Shown in pieces: positions 1 to 10,392 of a DNA stretch of 64,000 bases. The position numbers and the translations under genes are program-made. Position 1 is the first letter of the stretch. Each line of letters begins with the position of its first letter. The notes below the pieces were generated by a model, which was not told the origin of the DNA, searched no databases, and saw only the letters and a list, made by a program, of their open reading frames with translations. Source of the DNA: Octopus sinensis (Eukaryota); contig NC_043021.1 of the NCBI RefSeq assembly GCF_006345805.1, positions 8,432,001 to 8,496,000 on the forward strand. Reading direction: 5' to 3'.

Positions 1-244
1 TTAGGTCACTGCCTGGAATCAAACTCGGAATCTTGGGGTTAGAAGTCCGCACTTTTAACCACTATGCCATACGCCCACGGGCATATGGTGTAGTGGTTAA
101 CTGTATTACAAGATAATGCATTACTAAATTAAAAACCAATGTGATGAATAAGTATTACATTTAACAGAGTAATCGGAATGCTAAAGAGTTAAATTACCAT
201 GAACCAAACAATTGCATCCATAATTTTTTTGAAATACATATATA

Positions 245-630
245 GGCGCAGGAGTGGTTGTGTGGTAAGTAGCTTGCTTACCAACCACATGGCTCTGGGT
301 TCATTCTCACAGCGTGGCACCTTGGGCAAGTGTCTTCTACTATAGCCTCAGGCTGTGAGTGGATTTGGTAGACAGAAACTGAAAGAAGCCTGTCGTATAT
401 ATGTATGTGTGTGTTTGTGTGTCTGTGTTTGTACCCCCAACATCGCTTGACAACCGATGCTGGTGTGTTTACGTCTTTGTAACTTAGCAGTTCGGCAAAA
501 GAGACCGATAGAAAAAGTACTAAGCTTACAAAGAATAAGTCCTGTAAGGCTTATTCTTTGTAAGCCTTACAAAGAATAAGTGCTCCTGCATGGCCACAGT
601 CAAATGATTGAAACAAGTAAAAGAGAGTAA
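245..630 (+). mobile_element. tRNA-derived SINE family A (most abundant), representative copy
   Basis: Head ggcgcaggagtggctgtgtggtaag...ggttcagtccc (pol III A/B-box-like), ccttgggcaagtgtctt core, internal microsatellite, (aaagagt)n tail. Further copies at about 1160-1500, 1450-1780(-), 3660-4060(-), 11040-11676(-, interrupted), 23075-23370(-), 34430-34790, 39745-40275, 41470-41850, 42770-43200(-), 43515-43905, 44890-45350, 50033-50460(-), 60185-60590(-), 61740-62105. Confidence 0.9.
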
Positions 631-833
631 AATGGAAAGAGAAAAGAGAGGTCTTGAAACTATGTTTAATTGAAGAGAAATATGAAAAAGGTGTGAGTGA
701 GAGGTGGTTAGAGTCATCTCAAAGTAACCAAGAAATTAGGTTAGTTCTTTGACAATCTTCAGCCTGGCATTAGTGTAAGTGAGAAGAGGAAATCGCTGCT
801 TCAAAATAAACAGTCAAGTCTATAAAGAATTAC

Positions 834-957
834 CCAATTTCCTTGACAGCCTCCAGCATGGCTGTCAACATGGCTGTTGTACTCCATCTTTCACAAAGTT
901 CATCTTCAAGATAGAACAACAGGTTTAATAATTCTCCGACGTTCTTCAATAATTCCA
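834..957 (-). CDS. SAAL1: SAAL1 coding exon (7th coding exon found; gene continues beyond the left edge)
   Basis: AG/GT bounded (ttcag|tg ... gg|gtaatt). Encodes (V)ELLKNVGELLNLLFYLEDELCERWSTTAMLTAMLEAVKEI(G), similar to recalled human SAAL1 [25 protein letters not shown]...ILEAAKQV. Phase 1 in, matching the previous exon. Confidence 0.92.
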
Positions 958-1324
958 CTGAAATTAGAAGAGACAACAGTAACGACATTACAACAATTGT
1001 AACAACAACAACAACTGTAATAAAACATAAACAACAGTAAAAAAATAAAAGAAACAGAGACACACAACACTGTTGATGGTACCTGTTTCTACCAACCCAG
1101 AGGTACATGGTTCAAACGTTATTGGGGTTGATGTTTGCAGAAGCAAATCAACAAAGATGCAGGAGTGGCTGTGTGGTAAGTAGCTTGCTTACCAACCACA
1201 TGGTTCTGGGTTCAATCCCACTGTGTGGCACCTTGGGCAAGTGTCTTATACTATAGCTTCGGGTCGACCAAAACCTTGTGAGTGGATTTGGTAGATGGAA
1301 ACTGAAAGAAGCCCTTTGTATATA

Positions 1325-1379
<55 letters not shown>

Positions 1380-2059
1380 ATATATGTTTATGTGTCTGTG
1401 TTTATCCCTCCAACATTGCTTGACAACCGATGCTAAACCAATGCATTTAGACAAACAAATCGACCCCAGGACTTATTCTTTGTAAACCTAGTACTTATTC
1501 TATCGGCCTCTTTTGCCAAACAGCAAAGTTATGGGGACACAACCACTCCAGCATCGGTTGTCAAGCGATGTTGGGGGGACAAACATATACACACACATGC
1601 ATATATATATACATATATACGAGCTTCTTTCAGTTTCCGTCTACCAAATCCATTCACAAGGCTTTGGTCGGCCCTACACTATAGTAGAAGACGCTTGCCC
1701 AAGGTGCCATGCAGTGGGACTGAACCCAGAACCATGTGGCTGGTAAGCAAGCTACTTACCACACAGCCACTCCTGCGCCTATTAAACCATACACCCTTTA
1801 ATTATAAAAATACAATAAGGATATTTTAAAACATGGAATGGTTTATAGGGTCCACTCGAGCAAAATAGGAAGCAAAGGGATCCATAGGGGACAAAATGGT
1901 TAAGAAACACAGCTGTATGCCAAAACATAAAAAGAATAGGAAACAAAAGAAAAAAAAAATAACATTTCAATCCCTTCACAAAAATCTCCCTCCTACACTT
2001 CATCTCTTGCTCACACATGAACTACACATTCTACATCTTTACTTGCTATAATCCATCTT

Positions 2060-2830
2060 CACTATCCAGGAGACAATCTTGACTCAAAGGCTGGTGTCTA
2101 TGCATACGTAGATTCCACTCAGTCACTTCTCCCACCTTCCAGCTTTTCTAGCTCAAAGCCCTTTTTCCCCCCACCAATACATCTCTGCTCCCTCTTTCAC
2201 TCCCTGAACTCCTTAAACCAACAGCAATTCTTTGGTCATATCTCCTCCTACATTGAAAACAATCTTACTTCTTCTTCCTTTCTGAAGGACTTTGCCCCCT
2301 CACTAAATTCAAACCGCATTACTCTTCCTCGTGTTCAAACTGAGCCTACATTTATGAAGGGCTGCTGAAAAGTTTCTGAATTCAAGGGTGTCACGAAAGA
2401 CCAGGTTGGAGGCCCAACCTCTTCCGAGTTCTTTTACAAGGCTTAGAAAAACTAAAGGACTGCTGCAATAAGTATGTGAAGCTGCGAGGGGAATATGTTG
2501 GATAAAATCATAATTAACTGATCCCTCTGTATTTTCTTTTACCCAAAGCCAGGAACTTTTCAGCCCCACCCCCTCATAAGTATCCAATGCAGAAACCAAA
2601 TTCTTTACTATTCTCAGCTATATTTGTTTTATCTCTGACTCTCCTAACCGACACACAGAAACTTCAACCTTGATCTCTTTATCACCTCACCTCAAAACCT
2701 AACTTCTCTCAAAACCATGTACATGTTTAACCCTATCAGATCATCCAACCACTGCTTCATGGCAACGACCCAACATACAATCACATAATACACAACTCCT
2801 TCCTCCAGGTCTACGACACATCAAATCAGC
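2060..2830 (+). pseudogene. Decayed LINE apurinic-like endonuclease remnant (CR1/Jockey-type), interrupted by a mariner insertion
   Basis: Broken frames give PGDNLDSKAGVYAYV, HLCSLFHS, NLDLFITS, PIRSSNHCF (SDH-like) and RHIKSANW, typical of LINE APE domains. Confidence 0.65.
2355..2576 (+). mobile_element. Internally deleted mariner element
   Basis: TA on both sides. Degenerate TIRs TGAAGGGCTGCTGAAAAGTTTCTG / CAGGAACTTTTCAGCCCCACCCCCTCA. Encodes a mariner C-terminus GLEKLKDCCNKYVKLRGEYVG*. Confidence 0.8.
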
Positions 2831-2968
2831 TAACTGGTCAGAACTTTATCTGGTTTCTGGATTCAGCTAAATGGTGACAGAAAATAAAATGCTGACTTTT
2901 GTTAAGAGCATCTGTGTCATGCAAAACCAGAATGACCAACATGTCTACTCAAGCCAAGGATAACTTAC

Positions 2969-3087
2969 CATTTGTAGAACTAGCCATGATGAATTTGACA
3001 AGTTCTAAAATATTGGCTTCATGATCTTTGATAGCAGCAACCCATGGCAAATAGTGTTCTTCACTCTGGAGGCAGCAATATAGCAAC
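2969..3087 (-). CDS. SAAL1: SAAL1 coding exon
   Basis: ttgcag|g ... g|gtaagt, 119 nt. Encodes (R)LLYCCLQSEEHYLPWVAAIKDHEANILELVKFIMASSTN, similar to human RLLLTCLSQ...ICFIMSSSTN. Phase 2 in, phase 1 out. Confidence 0.93.
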
Positions 3088-4183
3088 CTGCAATAGGAAA
3101 AAATAACAACTTTCTCACAGCTGATTATGGGTCCAATCTACATATTTACCAAATATCAATTCTGTTGTTGGATTGGTAAAAATCAGTAGAGCATAGAACA
3201 AAGTACCTGGTGTTTATTAACAAAAAAAAACAATAATAATAATAATAACAAGATTTAACAACAGGCGTCTTTCGACTGGAGATGAATTGAATTCAGCTGG
3301 CGTGTTGGGAATTAAGCCTTACGGCAGAGGAAAAGAATTGGAGGGGCAGTGACCGTGGTCCAACGCAAAAGGGCTAGCAGTTGGCCATCTATCATCATCA
3401 TCATCATCATTTGACGTCCATTTTCCATGCTAGCATGGGTTGGACGGTTCAACTGGGGTCTGGGAAGCCAGAAGGCTGCACCAGGCCCAGTCTGATCTGG
3501 CAGTGTTTCTACGGCTGGATGCCCTTTCTAACGCCAACCACTCCATGAGTGTAGTGGGTGCTTTTTACGTGCCACCCGCACAGGTGCCAGACGAGGCTGG
3601 CAAACGACCACGGACGGATGGTGCTTTTTATGTGCCACCGGCCCGGGACGTGCCACCATGTGTGTAAATATATTCTTTTATTTGATTGCGGCCATGCTGG
3701 AGAACCACCTTTAGTAGAAGAAATCAACACCAGGACTTATTTTTGTAAGCCTAGTACTTATTCTATCTGACTCTTTGGCCAACCACTAAGTTACGGGGAC
3801 GTAAACACACCAACATTGGCTATCAAGTGATGGTGAGGGGACAAACACAGACACACATATGTATATGTGTATATATATATATATACACACACACACATAC
3901 ACACAGGCTTCTTTCAATTTCCGTCTACCAAATCCACTCACAATGTTTTGGTCACCCCGAGGCTATAGTAGAAAACACTTGCTCAAAGTGCCATGCAGTG
4001 GAACTGAACCCAGAACCATGTGGTTGGGAATCAAGCTTCTTACCACACAGCTATGCCTGTGCCTATATATAGCTATATATATTTATATATATGTATATAT
4101 ATATATACATGAAGGTCTGTACAGAATTACAGCACAGAACAATTACCTGATATGAACATCTCCCTTATCAGTACAATATAGTC

Positions 4184-4395
4184 CAGTATATTCACCTGAA
4201 AGACTGTACTAAATGCAAACAGTATACTACAGTATATTCACCTGAAAGACTGTACTAAATGCAAACAGTATACTACAGTATATTCACCTGAAAGACTGTA
4301 CTAAATGCAAACAGTATACTACAGTATATTCACCTGAAAGACTGTACTAAATGCAAACAGTATACTACAGTATATTTACCTGACAGTCTGTACCA
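4184..4395. repeat. 46-bp tandem repeat, four identical copies plus the exon/intron junction it derives from
   Basis: Unit cagtatattcacctgaaagactgtactaaatgcaaacagtatacta starts at 4184, 4230, 4276 and 4322. The fifth, divergent unit at 4368 is the real SAAL1 donor region. Confidence 0.95.
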
Positions 4396-4439
4396 AACAA
4401 AGTCCATCGGGATTCTCCAATAACAACAAAACCATATTT
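4380..4439 (-). CDS. SAAL1: SAAL1 coding exon
   Basis: tttcag|a ... ag|gtaaat, 60 nt. Encodes (I)NMVLLLLENPDGLCLVQTV(R), similar to human QVLLHCLYDSDPPTLLETSR. Phase 2 in and out. Confidence 0.88.
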
Positions 4440-4537
4440 CTGAAATACGAGAGGAAATCACGAATAATTAATTACCTGATTTATAAGAAAACAATAGTAA
4501 ACACACAGTTCACAAAGCAAAAAGATTTAAACCTTAC

Positions 4538-4617
4538 ATAAATTCTGGGTTTGTTGACATCTCTGAACAAACGGTTGGATTACAGGAGAGATTACCAAGA
4601 ATACCAACACAGATTTC
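4538..4617 (-). CDS. SAAL1: SAAL1 coding exon
   Basis: tttag|gaa ... at|gtaagg, 80 nt. Encodes EICVGILGNLSCNPTVCSEMSTNPEF; the EICVGILGN motif matches SAAL1. Confidence 0.95.
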
Positions 4618-4733
4618 CTAAAAGTAAACAGAATTAAGGAATTACTTCATAAGAAAAATACATTACATAACACATCATAGGAATTAGTTTAGATTAACTA
4701 TTTCATCTATTTCTTTATCAACATGCCTTTTAA

Positions 4734-5105
4734 CCCTTTCATTACCAACCCGGCTGAAATTGGCTCTGGCTCTGAGTACAAATGTCTTGTTTTCATAAGT
4801 TTTGAATTAAAATCTTCCACCAAACCTTAGACATAATTTATGTTCCTAACACCAGCTTAATGATAACTATGTTATTTTACTAAATTCTTTGTTATATTTA
4901 ACTCTTTCGATACCAACCCGGCTGAAACCAGCTCTGGCTCTCAGTACAAATGTCTTGTTTCCATAAGTTTACCAAACTTTAGTCACAATTTATTTTCCTA
5001 ACACTAGCTGAATGATAACTAGGTTATTTGACTAAATTCTTTGTTATATTTAGAGTAATTGAAAGAAACAGAGAACATCTCAAAATAAATACAGTAACGA
5101 AAGGG
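4734..5105. mobile_element. piggyBac-like MITE (TTAA-CCCTTT...AAAGGG-TTAA)
   Basis: TTAA flanks and CCCTTT/AAAGGG termini, often as internal tandem dimers. Other copies: 12612-12971, 14636-15026, 40435-40824, 49921-50555 (with a SINE nested at 50033-50460). Confidence 0.8.
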
Positions 5106-5769
5106 TTAATATATTCAATGATATATGGTATACTCTGTAAAGTGGTTGGCATTAAAAAGAGCATCAAGCCATAGAAATCATACACGGAGTGCAAGAGCCC
5201 TATGTAAGTGCCACATCAAAAGCACCTGTGCAAGTGCCTCAGATGATCCACCCATGCCAGGGCCATGTAAAAAGCACCCAGCACATTCTTTGAAGTGGTT
5301 GGCATTAGGAAGGGCATCCAGCCATAAAGACCAAGGCAAATCAGACTGGAACCCTGATGCAGCTCTCCTACTTGCCAACTCTGGCCAAACCGTCCAACCC
5401 ATGCCAGCATGGAAAACAAGTGTTAAAGAATGATGATGATGATGAGTGGTTGGCATTAGGAAGGGCATCCAGCTGTAGAAACTCTGCCAGATCAGATTGG
5501 AGTCCAGTGCAGCCATCTGGTTCGCCAGACCTCAGTCAAATCATCCAACCCATGTTAGCATGGAAAGCGGACATTAAACGATGATGATGATGATGATACC
5601 CTAGAAAGATTTGAACTCAGAACATTGAACGTTTCGAACTAGATACGGTTGTAAGCCTGTGTAAATGTTTAAATGCCACAACCATCTGCACCCAGAGGAA
5701 ATTGCTGACAACTCAACGTTTTCCAAACAGTGAACAAGAAATTTCAAAGAAGTGACCACCACCACTTAC

Positions 5770-5853
5770 CGTCACCCTTGGAGCCCTGGATTTAACAATC
5801 ACAGCAGAGAGTAGCTCAACAGATTTGAATTCATGCATGAAGACAACTACATC
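5770..5853 (-). CDS. SAAL1: SAAL1 coding exon
   Basis: tttcag|gat ... acg|gtaagt, 84 nt. Encodes DVVVFMHEFKSVELLSAVIVKSRAPRVT, similar to human [28 protein letters not shown]. Confidence 0.93.
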
Positions 5854-6020
5854 CTGAAAATTGAAAAAAAATATTCTTTGAAAGATTTTACTTATAGTAA
5901 GCACACACACACACTCATCTACATGCATGGTTGTGTGATTAACTATGTAGCTTGGGGTTAGTCCCACTACACAGCTGACCAATGCTTTATGAAAATTGCA
6001 GGAAACCCACAGTATACACA

Positions 6021-6054
<34 letters not shown>

Positions 6055-6236
6055 TATCCACATGTTTGTCCATCCCTCTGTCCACTCTGAAACAAGTGTA
6101 TCCTACTCAAACCCCTGACCAATCAACACCTTGTGAGAGAATTCGGTAGACAGGAGCTGCATGGGAGGAGCCTGGTTTTTATTCATTCATTTATAGAGAC
6201 AGACAGACAAATAGATAGATGTGTATGCATGTGTGT

Positions 6237-6301
<65 letters not shown>

Positions 6302-7050
6302 ATATATCATCATCATCATTTAGCATCTGCTTTCCATACTAGCATGGGTTAGACGGTTGAACTGGGGTCTGGGAAGCCAGAAGGCTGCACCAGGCCCAGT
6401 CTGATCTGGCAATGTTTCTACGGCTGGATGCCCTTCCTAACGCCAACCACTCTGTGAGTGTAGTGGGTGCTTTTTACGTGCCACTGGCACAGGTGCCAGA
6501 CGGAGCTGGCAAACGGCCACGGTCGGATGGTGCTTTTTACGTGCCACCGACACGGGGGCCAGGCGAGGCTGGCAATGGCCATGATCGGATGGTGCTTTTT
6601 ACGTGCCACCAGCATGGGGGCCAATATATATATATATACAGAGAGAGAGAGAGAGGTCAAAATGATACAGGTAAAGGGCAGTGAGGAGGGAGAATGTGAG
6701 GGGATGTTGAGTAAAAGGAGATGCAGTGTACTACCCTACATAAGAAATGGTTGGGTAGAGTTGTGCTGAGTAGAGATAGATAAGATCGGGATGAGGGGCT
6801 CAGATATATCTTCAAGGGGACAAGACAAGTTTGTTTTATATAATATATATATATAGGTGGCACGTAAAAAGCACCCACTACACTCACGGAGTGGTTGGCG
6901 TTAGGAAGGGCATCCAGCTGTAGAAACATTGCCAGATAAGACCAGAGCCTGGTGCAGCCTTCTGGCTTCCCGGATCCCCGGTCGAACCGTCCAACCCATG
7001 CTAGCATGGAGAACGGACGTTAAACAATGATGATGATGATGATATATTGT

Positions 7051-7352
7051 GGAGGCGCAATGGCCCAGTGGTTAGGGCAGCGGACTCGCGGTCGTAGGAT
7101 CACGGTTTCGATTCCCAAACCGGGCGTTGTGAGTGTTTATTGAGCAAAAACACCTAAAGTTCCACAAGGCTCTTGCAGGGGGTGGTGGTGATCCCTGCTG
7201 TATTCTTTCGCCACAACTTCCTCTCACTCTTTCTTCTGTTGGCCTGCTCACTTAGCCAGCGGGGTGGCGTCATTTGAAGGCTAAAACAATGCGAAGCGCA
7301 TTGTGACCAGCGATGTGTAGCAACATCTGATAACCTGGTCGGTCACGGTGAT
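7051..7352 (+). mobile_element. tRNA-derived SINE family C
   Basis: A-box TGGCCCAGTGG, B-box-like GGTTTCGATTCCC, then a non-tRNA body. Related heads or copies at about 32890-33270, 51640-51860(-), 54838-54945(-), 58232-58280. A sister family occurs at 26815-27060(-) and 31600-31755(-). Confidence 0.85.
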
Positions 7353-8148
7353 ATATATATAATATATATATATATATAGTCCACTCTGTAGAGTATCTTG
7401 TGTTAGGAAAGGCATCCAGCTTTAAAAACCCTGCAAAAAACAGACACAGATGCCTGAGGTAGTTTCTACCTGGCTGGCTCCTGTCAACCATCCTACCCAT
7501 GCATGCATGGAAGAAGAACGTTAAATGATGATGATGTACATATAGTGTGATTGTCTTGTGTGTGTGTGTTTTGTTTTTATACATTTATCACATCACGAGG
7601 ACAAAATTATTGCTGTGATAAAATAGTAAATTAACCTTCTGTAAAATAGAGGTTGATAAAATAAATACCAGATCAATATACATATTGGTCATCGGAGCTG
7701 AGGGAGGGCACATTTATTGCTACTGAGTTACTAAAAATCTTTGAAGGTATTAGCTCCATTGTGGCCAGTTTAATGAATGAATGAAACAAGGTCCCAATTA
7801 TCATACATAGATGATAGAGTGAGATTTGGCTGCTATTTCTAGCAAGTAGATGATCCCTATTTGACCTGTTATTGTAGTTGTTGCCAGCTGTGGTTGGTCA
7901 TTTTTCCTATACCATACACATATACACACACACACACACACACAAACACACAGCTTGCATTTCATGTAAAACTGTGCATATACACAGTTTAGGAACTTTC
8001 AGTTCTGAAGTACACTGCATACATACAGACACACACACACATATATATATAGAGAGAGAGAAACATATACACACGCACACATACACACATACATACACTC
8101 ACAAAAGCAAACAAATACATACGTGCATCTATAACAAGAGCAACTTAC

Positions 8149-8259
8149 GGAATTCATCGACATATCCCAAAGGTTACAGAGTTCATCTTGAAGGTCTTCA
8201 TTGACATCAACACCAAACTCAGAATCGTCGTTGCCGGGTTCATTCTGTTTGTCTACCTC
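8149..8259 (-). CDS. SAAL1: SAAL1 coding exon
   Basis: gtcag|gag ... tcc|gtaagt, 111 nt. Encodes EVDKQNEPGNDDSEFGVDVNEDLQDELCNLWDMSMNS, similar to human ENEICRVWDMSMDE. Confidence 0.93.
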
Positions 8260-8639
8260 CTGACGTCGGAAATGAAAAGAATCAAAAATAAGTAAAAACA
8301 TATTAGAATTATAAATGCCTACTGTTTTATCCCCCACCCCCATCCACCCCCAAAATCTCTCTTGCTTTGCACATGAAGTCAGCTTCAACTGGGTCCAGCA
8401 AAAACAATGAGTAACTTGAACACCCAAACACTTGTTGTTCAATCATTCAGTTTGTGAGGAAACACTACCACATGAAACCCATGGTAGAAGACAGTAAAAA
8501 CATTTGGCCTTTCGCTTTTTTTTATCAGAGCCAGAAAATACTTCAGCTATATTTAATAGTGACTTGCTACATATATTAAACAGCTGGGGGAAACACATAC
8601 GCCATAAAAACCGGCTTGAAAAGGGCGCATAAATAAATA

Positions 8640-8709
<70 letters not shown>

Positions 8710-8928
8710 TGACAGCTGATGAAGGGGATTTTTCCTTGCGTAGTATATCCTGTACTCTGTTTTTCTGTTGTAAAAAATGGTTTTTCCGTTTTTGTTTCTC
8801 GTTGAGTTCTAGTTATGGTGTCCTGTACACACGTATATATATTTATATATGCATGTATATATACATGTAGATGTAGGTACGTACATATATGTTGTATGTA
8901 TGCATATATTTTATTTATTACACTATAT

Positions 8929-8954
<26 letters not shown>

Positions 8955-8964
<10 letters not shown>

Positions 8965-9168
8965 ACGGGAAGGTTTACGAAAATAAAGAAAAGACGAAGG
9001 CAGGTGGAGTACAAACAAACAAATGTATTAGTATAGCCGCTCAGGAATAGAAATAGAAAAAGTCTTTTACGGTTCGAGCCTACGCTCTTCGACAGAAAGA
9101 TACACAGGAAAAAAACAAGGAGAGAAACAAGGAGAGAAAAAAAATGCGTGTAGGAGCTAACGATCTAA
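8955..9168 (-). mobile_element. Penelope-like terminal-repeat fragment with a hammerhead-like motif
   Basis: The same repeat occurs at about 44380-44490(-) and 54997-55130(+). It carries a minimal type-I hammerhead architecture, which is established for Penelope-like pLTRs. Family assignment is inferred from the motif only. Confidence 0.55.
9063..9100 (-). ncRNA. Minimal type-I hammerhead-like motif, A6U core variant (also degenerate at GAAA)
   Basis: TCTTT-CTGTCGA-A-GAGC/GTAG/GCTC-GAACC-GTA-AAAGA: stem I TCTTT/AAAGA and 4-bp stem II. Confidence 0.5.
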
Positions 9169-9643
9169 CGGGCCTAGATTGTGTACACAGCAACAGCAGC
9201 TTGTCCCAGATATGTCACCAGTACTGTAATATTGTCTGAGACGTTTCTGTATGTAACAACAGCACCGTCCTAGATATGTGAGCTGTACTATAATGTTGTC
9301 TAGGAGGTTTGTGCATGTAAAAAAAAGCATGGTCCCAAATATGTGAGCAGTACAGTAATACTGTCTAGGCCGTTACCACATGTAAACAACAGCAAAGTCC
9401 CAGATATGTATTGTTGTATTGTAAAGGGGTCTAGCATGTTAAAAAGGGAGCAGTACTGAAATAAGGTGTGGAATTTGTTTGTGTGTGTGTGTGTGTTAGC
9501 CAACTACTGTTTCAGATATATTAGTAGTATTATAATGTGGTGTCTAGGGCATAGAACCATCAACATGGGTCTATGTGACTGCATGTGTACCGTTGGCGAT
9601 TTTTTTCCTCTGTTTTCCCTTCTCTGGATCTTCTTTCTCCTAT

Positions 9644-9678
9644 GTTTCCGACGAAGAGCTCCGCTCGAAACGTTAAAC
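9644..9678 (+). ncRNA. Minimal type-I hammerhead-like motif, U4C core variant
   Basis: GTTT-CCGACGA-A-GAGC/TCC/GCTC-GAAAC-GTT-AAAC: stem I GTTT/AAAC and palindromic stem III AACGTT. Confidence 0.6.
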
Positions 9679-9789
9679 CCTCCTTCTTTCCTGAGCGTCC
9701 AATAATACTATATTTGTTCCATGTTCTCGTGTTGTTGTGTTCTTTTTGTGCTTTCTTGTTTGGATTAACTTTATATATATATATATATA

Positions 9790-10286
9790 TCATCATCATT
9801 TAGCGTCCGTTTTCCATGCTAGCATGGGTTGGACGGTTCAACTGGGGTCTGTGAAGCCGGAAGGCTTCATCAGGCCCAGTCAGATCTGGCAGTGTTTCTA
9901 CAGCTGGATGCCCTTCCTAACGCCAACCACTCCGTGAGTGTAGTGGGTGCTTTTTACGTGCCACCCGCACAGGTGCCAGACAGAGCTGGCAAACGGCCAT
10001 GAACGGATGGTGCTTTTACGTGCCACCGGCACGGGGACCAGGCGAGGCTGGCAATGGACACAAACGGATGGTGCTTTTACGTGCCACCGGCACGGGGGCC
10101 AGGCGAGGCTGGCAACGGACACGAGCGGATGGTGCTTTTACGTGCCACTGGCATGGGGGCCAGGCGAGGCTGGCAGCGGACATGAACGGATGGTGCTTTT
10201 ACGTGCCACCGGCACGGAGGCCAGACGGGGCGGAGCCGGCAACGACCACAATCGGATGGTTCGCTTAACCACAGCTGCAATTTCCA
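9790..10286 (-). mobile_element. RTE LINE 3'UTR-derived retroposon (family D) with (GAT)n tail and internal tandem units
   Basis: Conserved ggcgttaggaagggcatccagctgtagaaac...catgctagcatggaaaacggacg-(gat)n 3' end. At 24470 and 30310 the same sequence directly follows the RTE ORF2 end. Other copies: 3395-3660(-), 5430-5597, 6310-6620(-), 6855-7042, 16480-16770, 19855-19990, 25120-25437(-), 47455-48830(-), 59090-59280(-), 61165-61740(-), 62118-62530(-), 63720-64000(-). Confidence 0.8.
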
Positions 10287-10361
10287 CAGACCCATGTTGA
10301 TGGGTCTATGCCCTAGACACCCCATTATAATACTACTAATATATCTGAAACAGTAGTTGGC

Positions 10362-10392
<31 letters not shown>

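Noticed and set aside
7051-7125. Possible tRNA gene
   Set aside because: A/B boxes are present, but the sequence continues into a repeated SINE body and lacks a complete cloverleaf acceptor stem.
8716-8760. CTGATGA suggesting another hammerhead
   Set aside because: No GAAA follows the adjacent hairpin and no stems I/III could be built.
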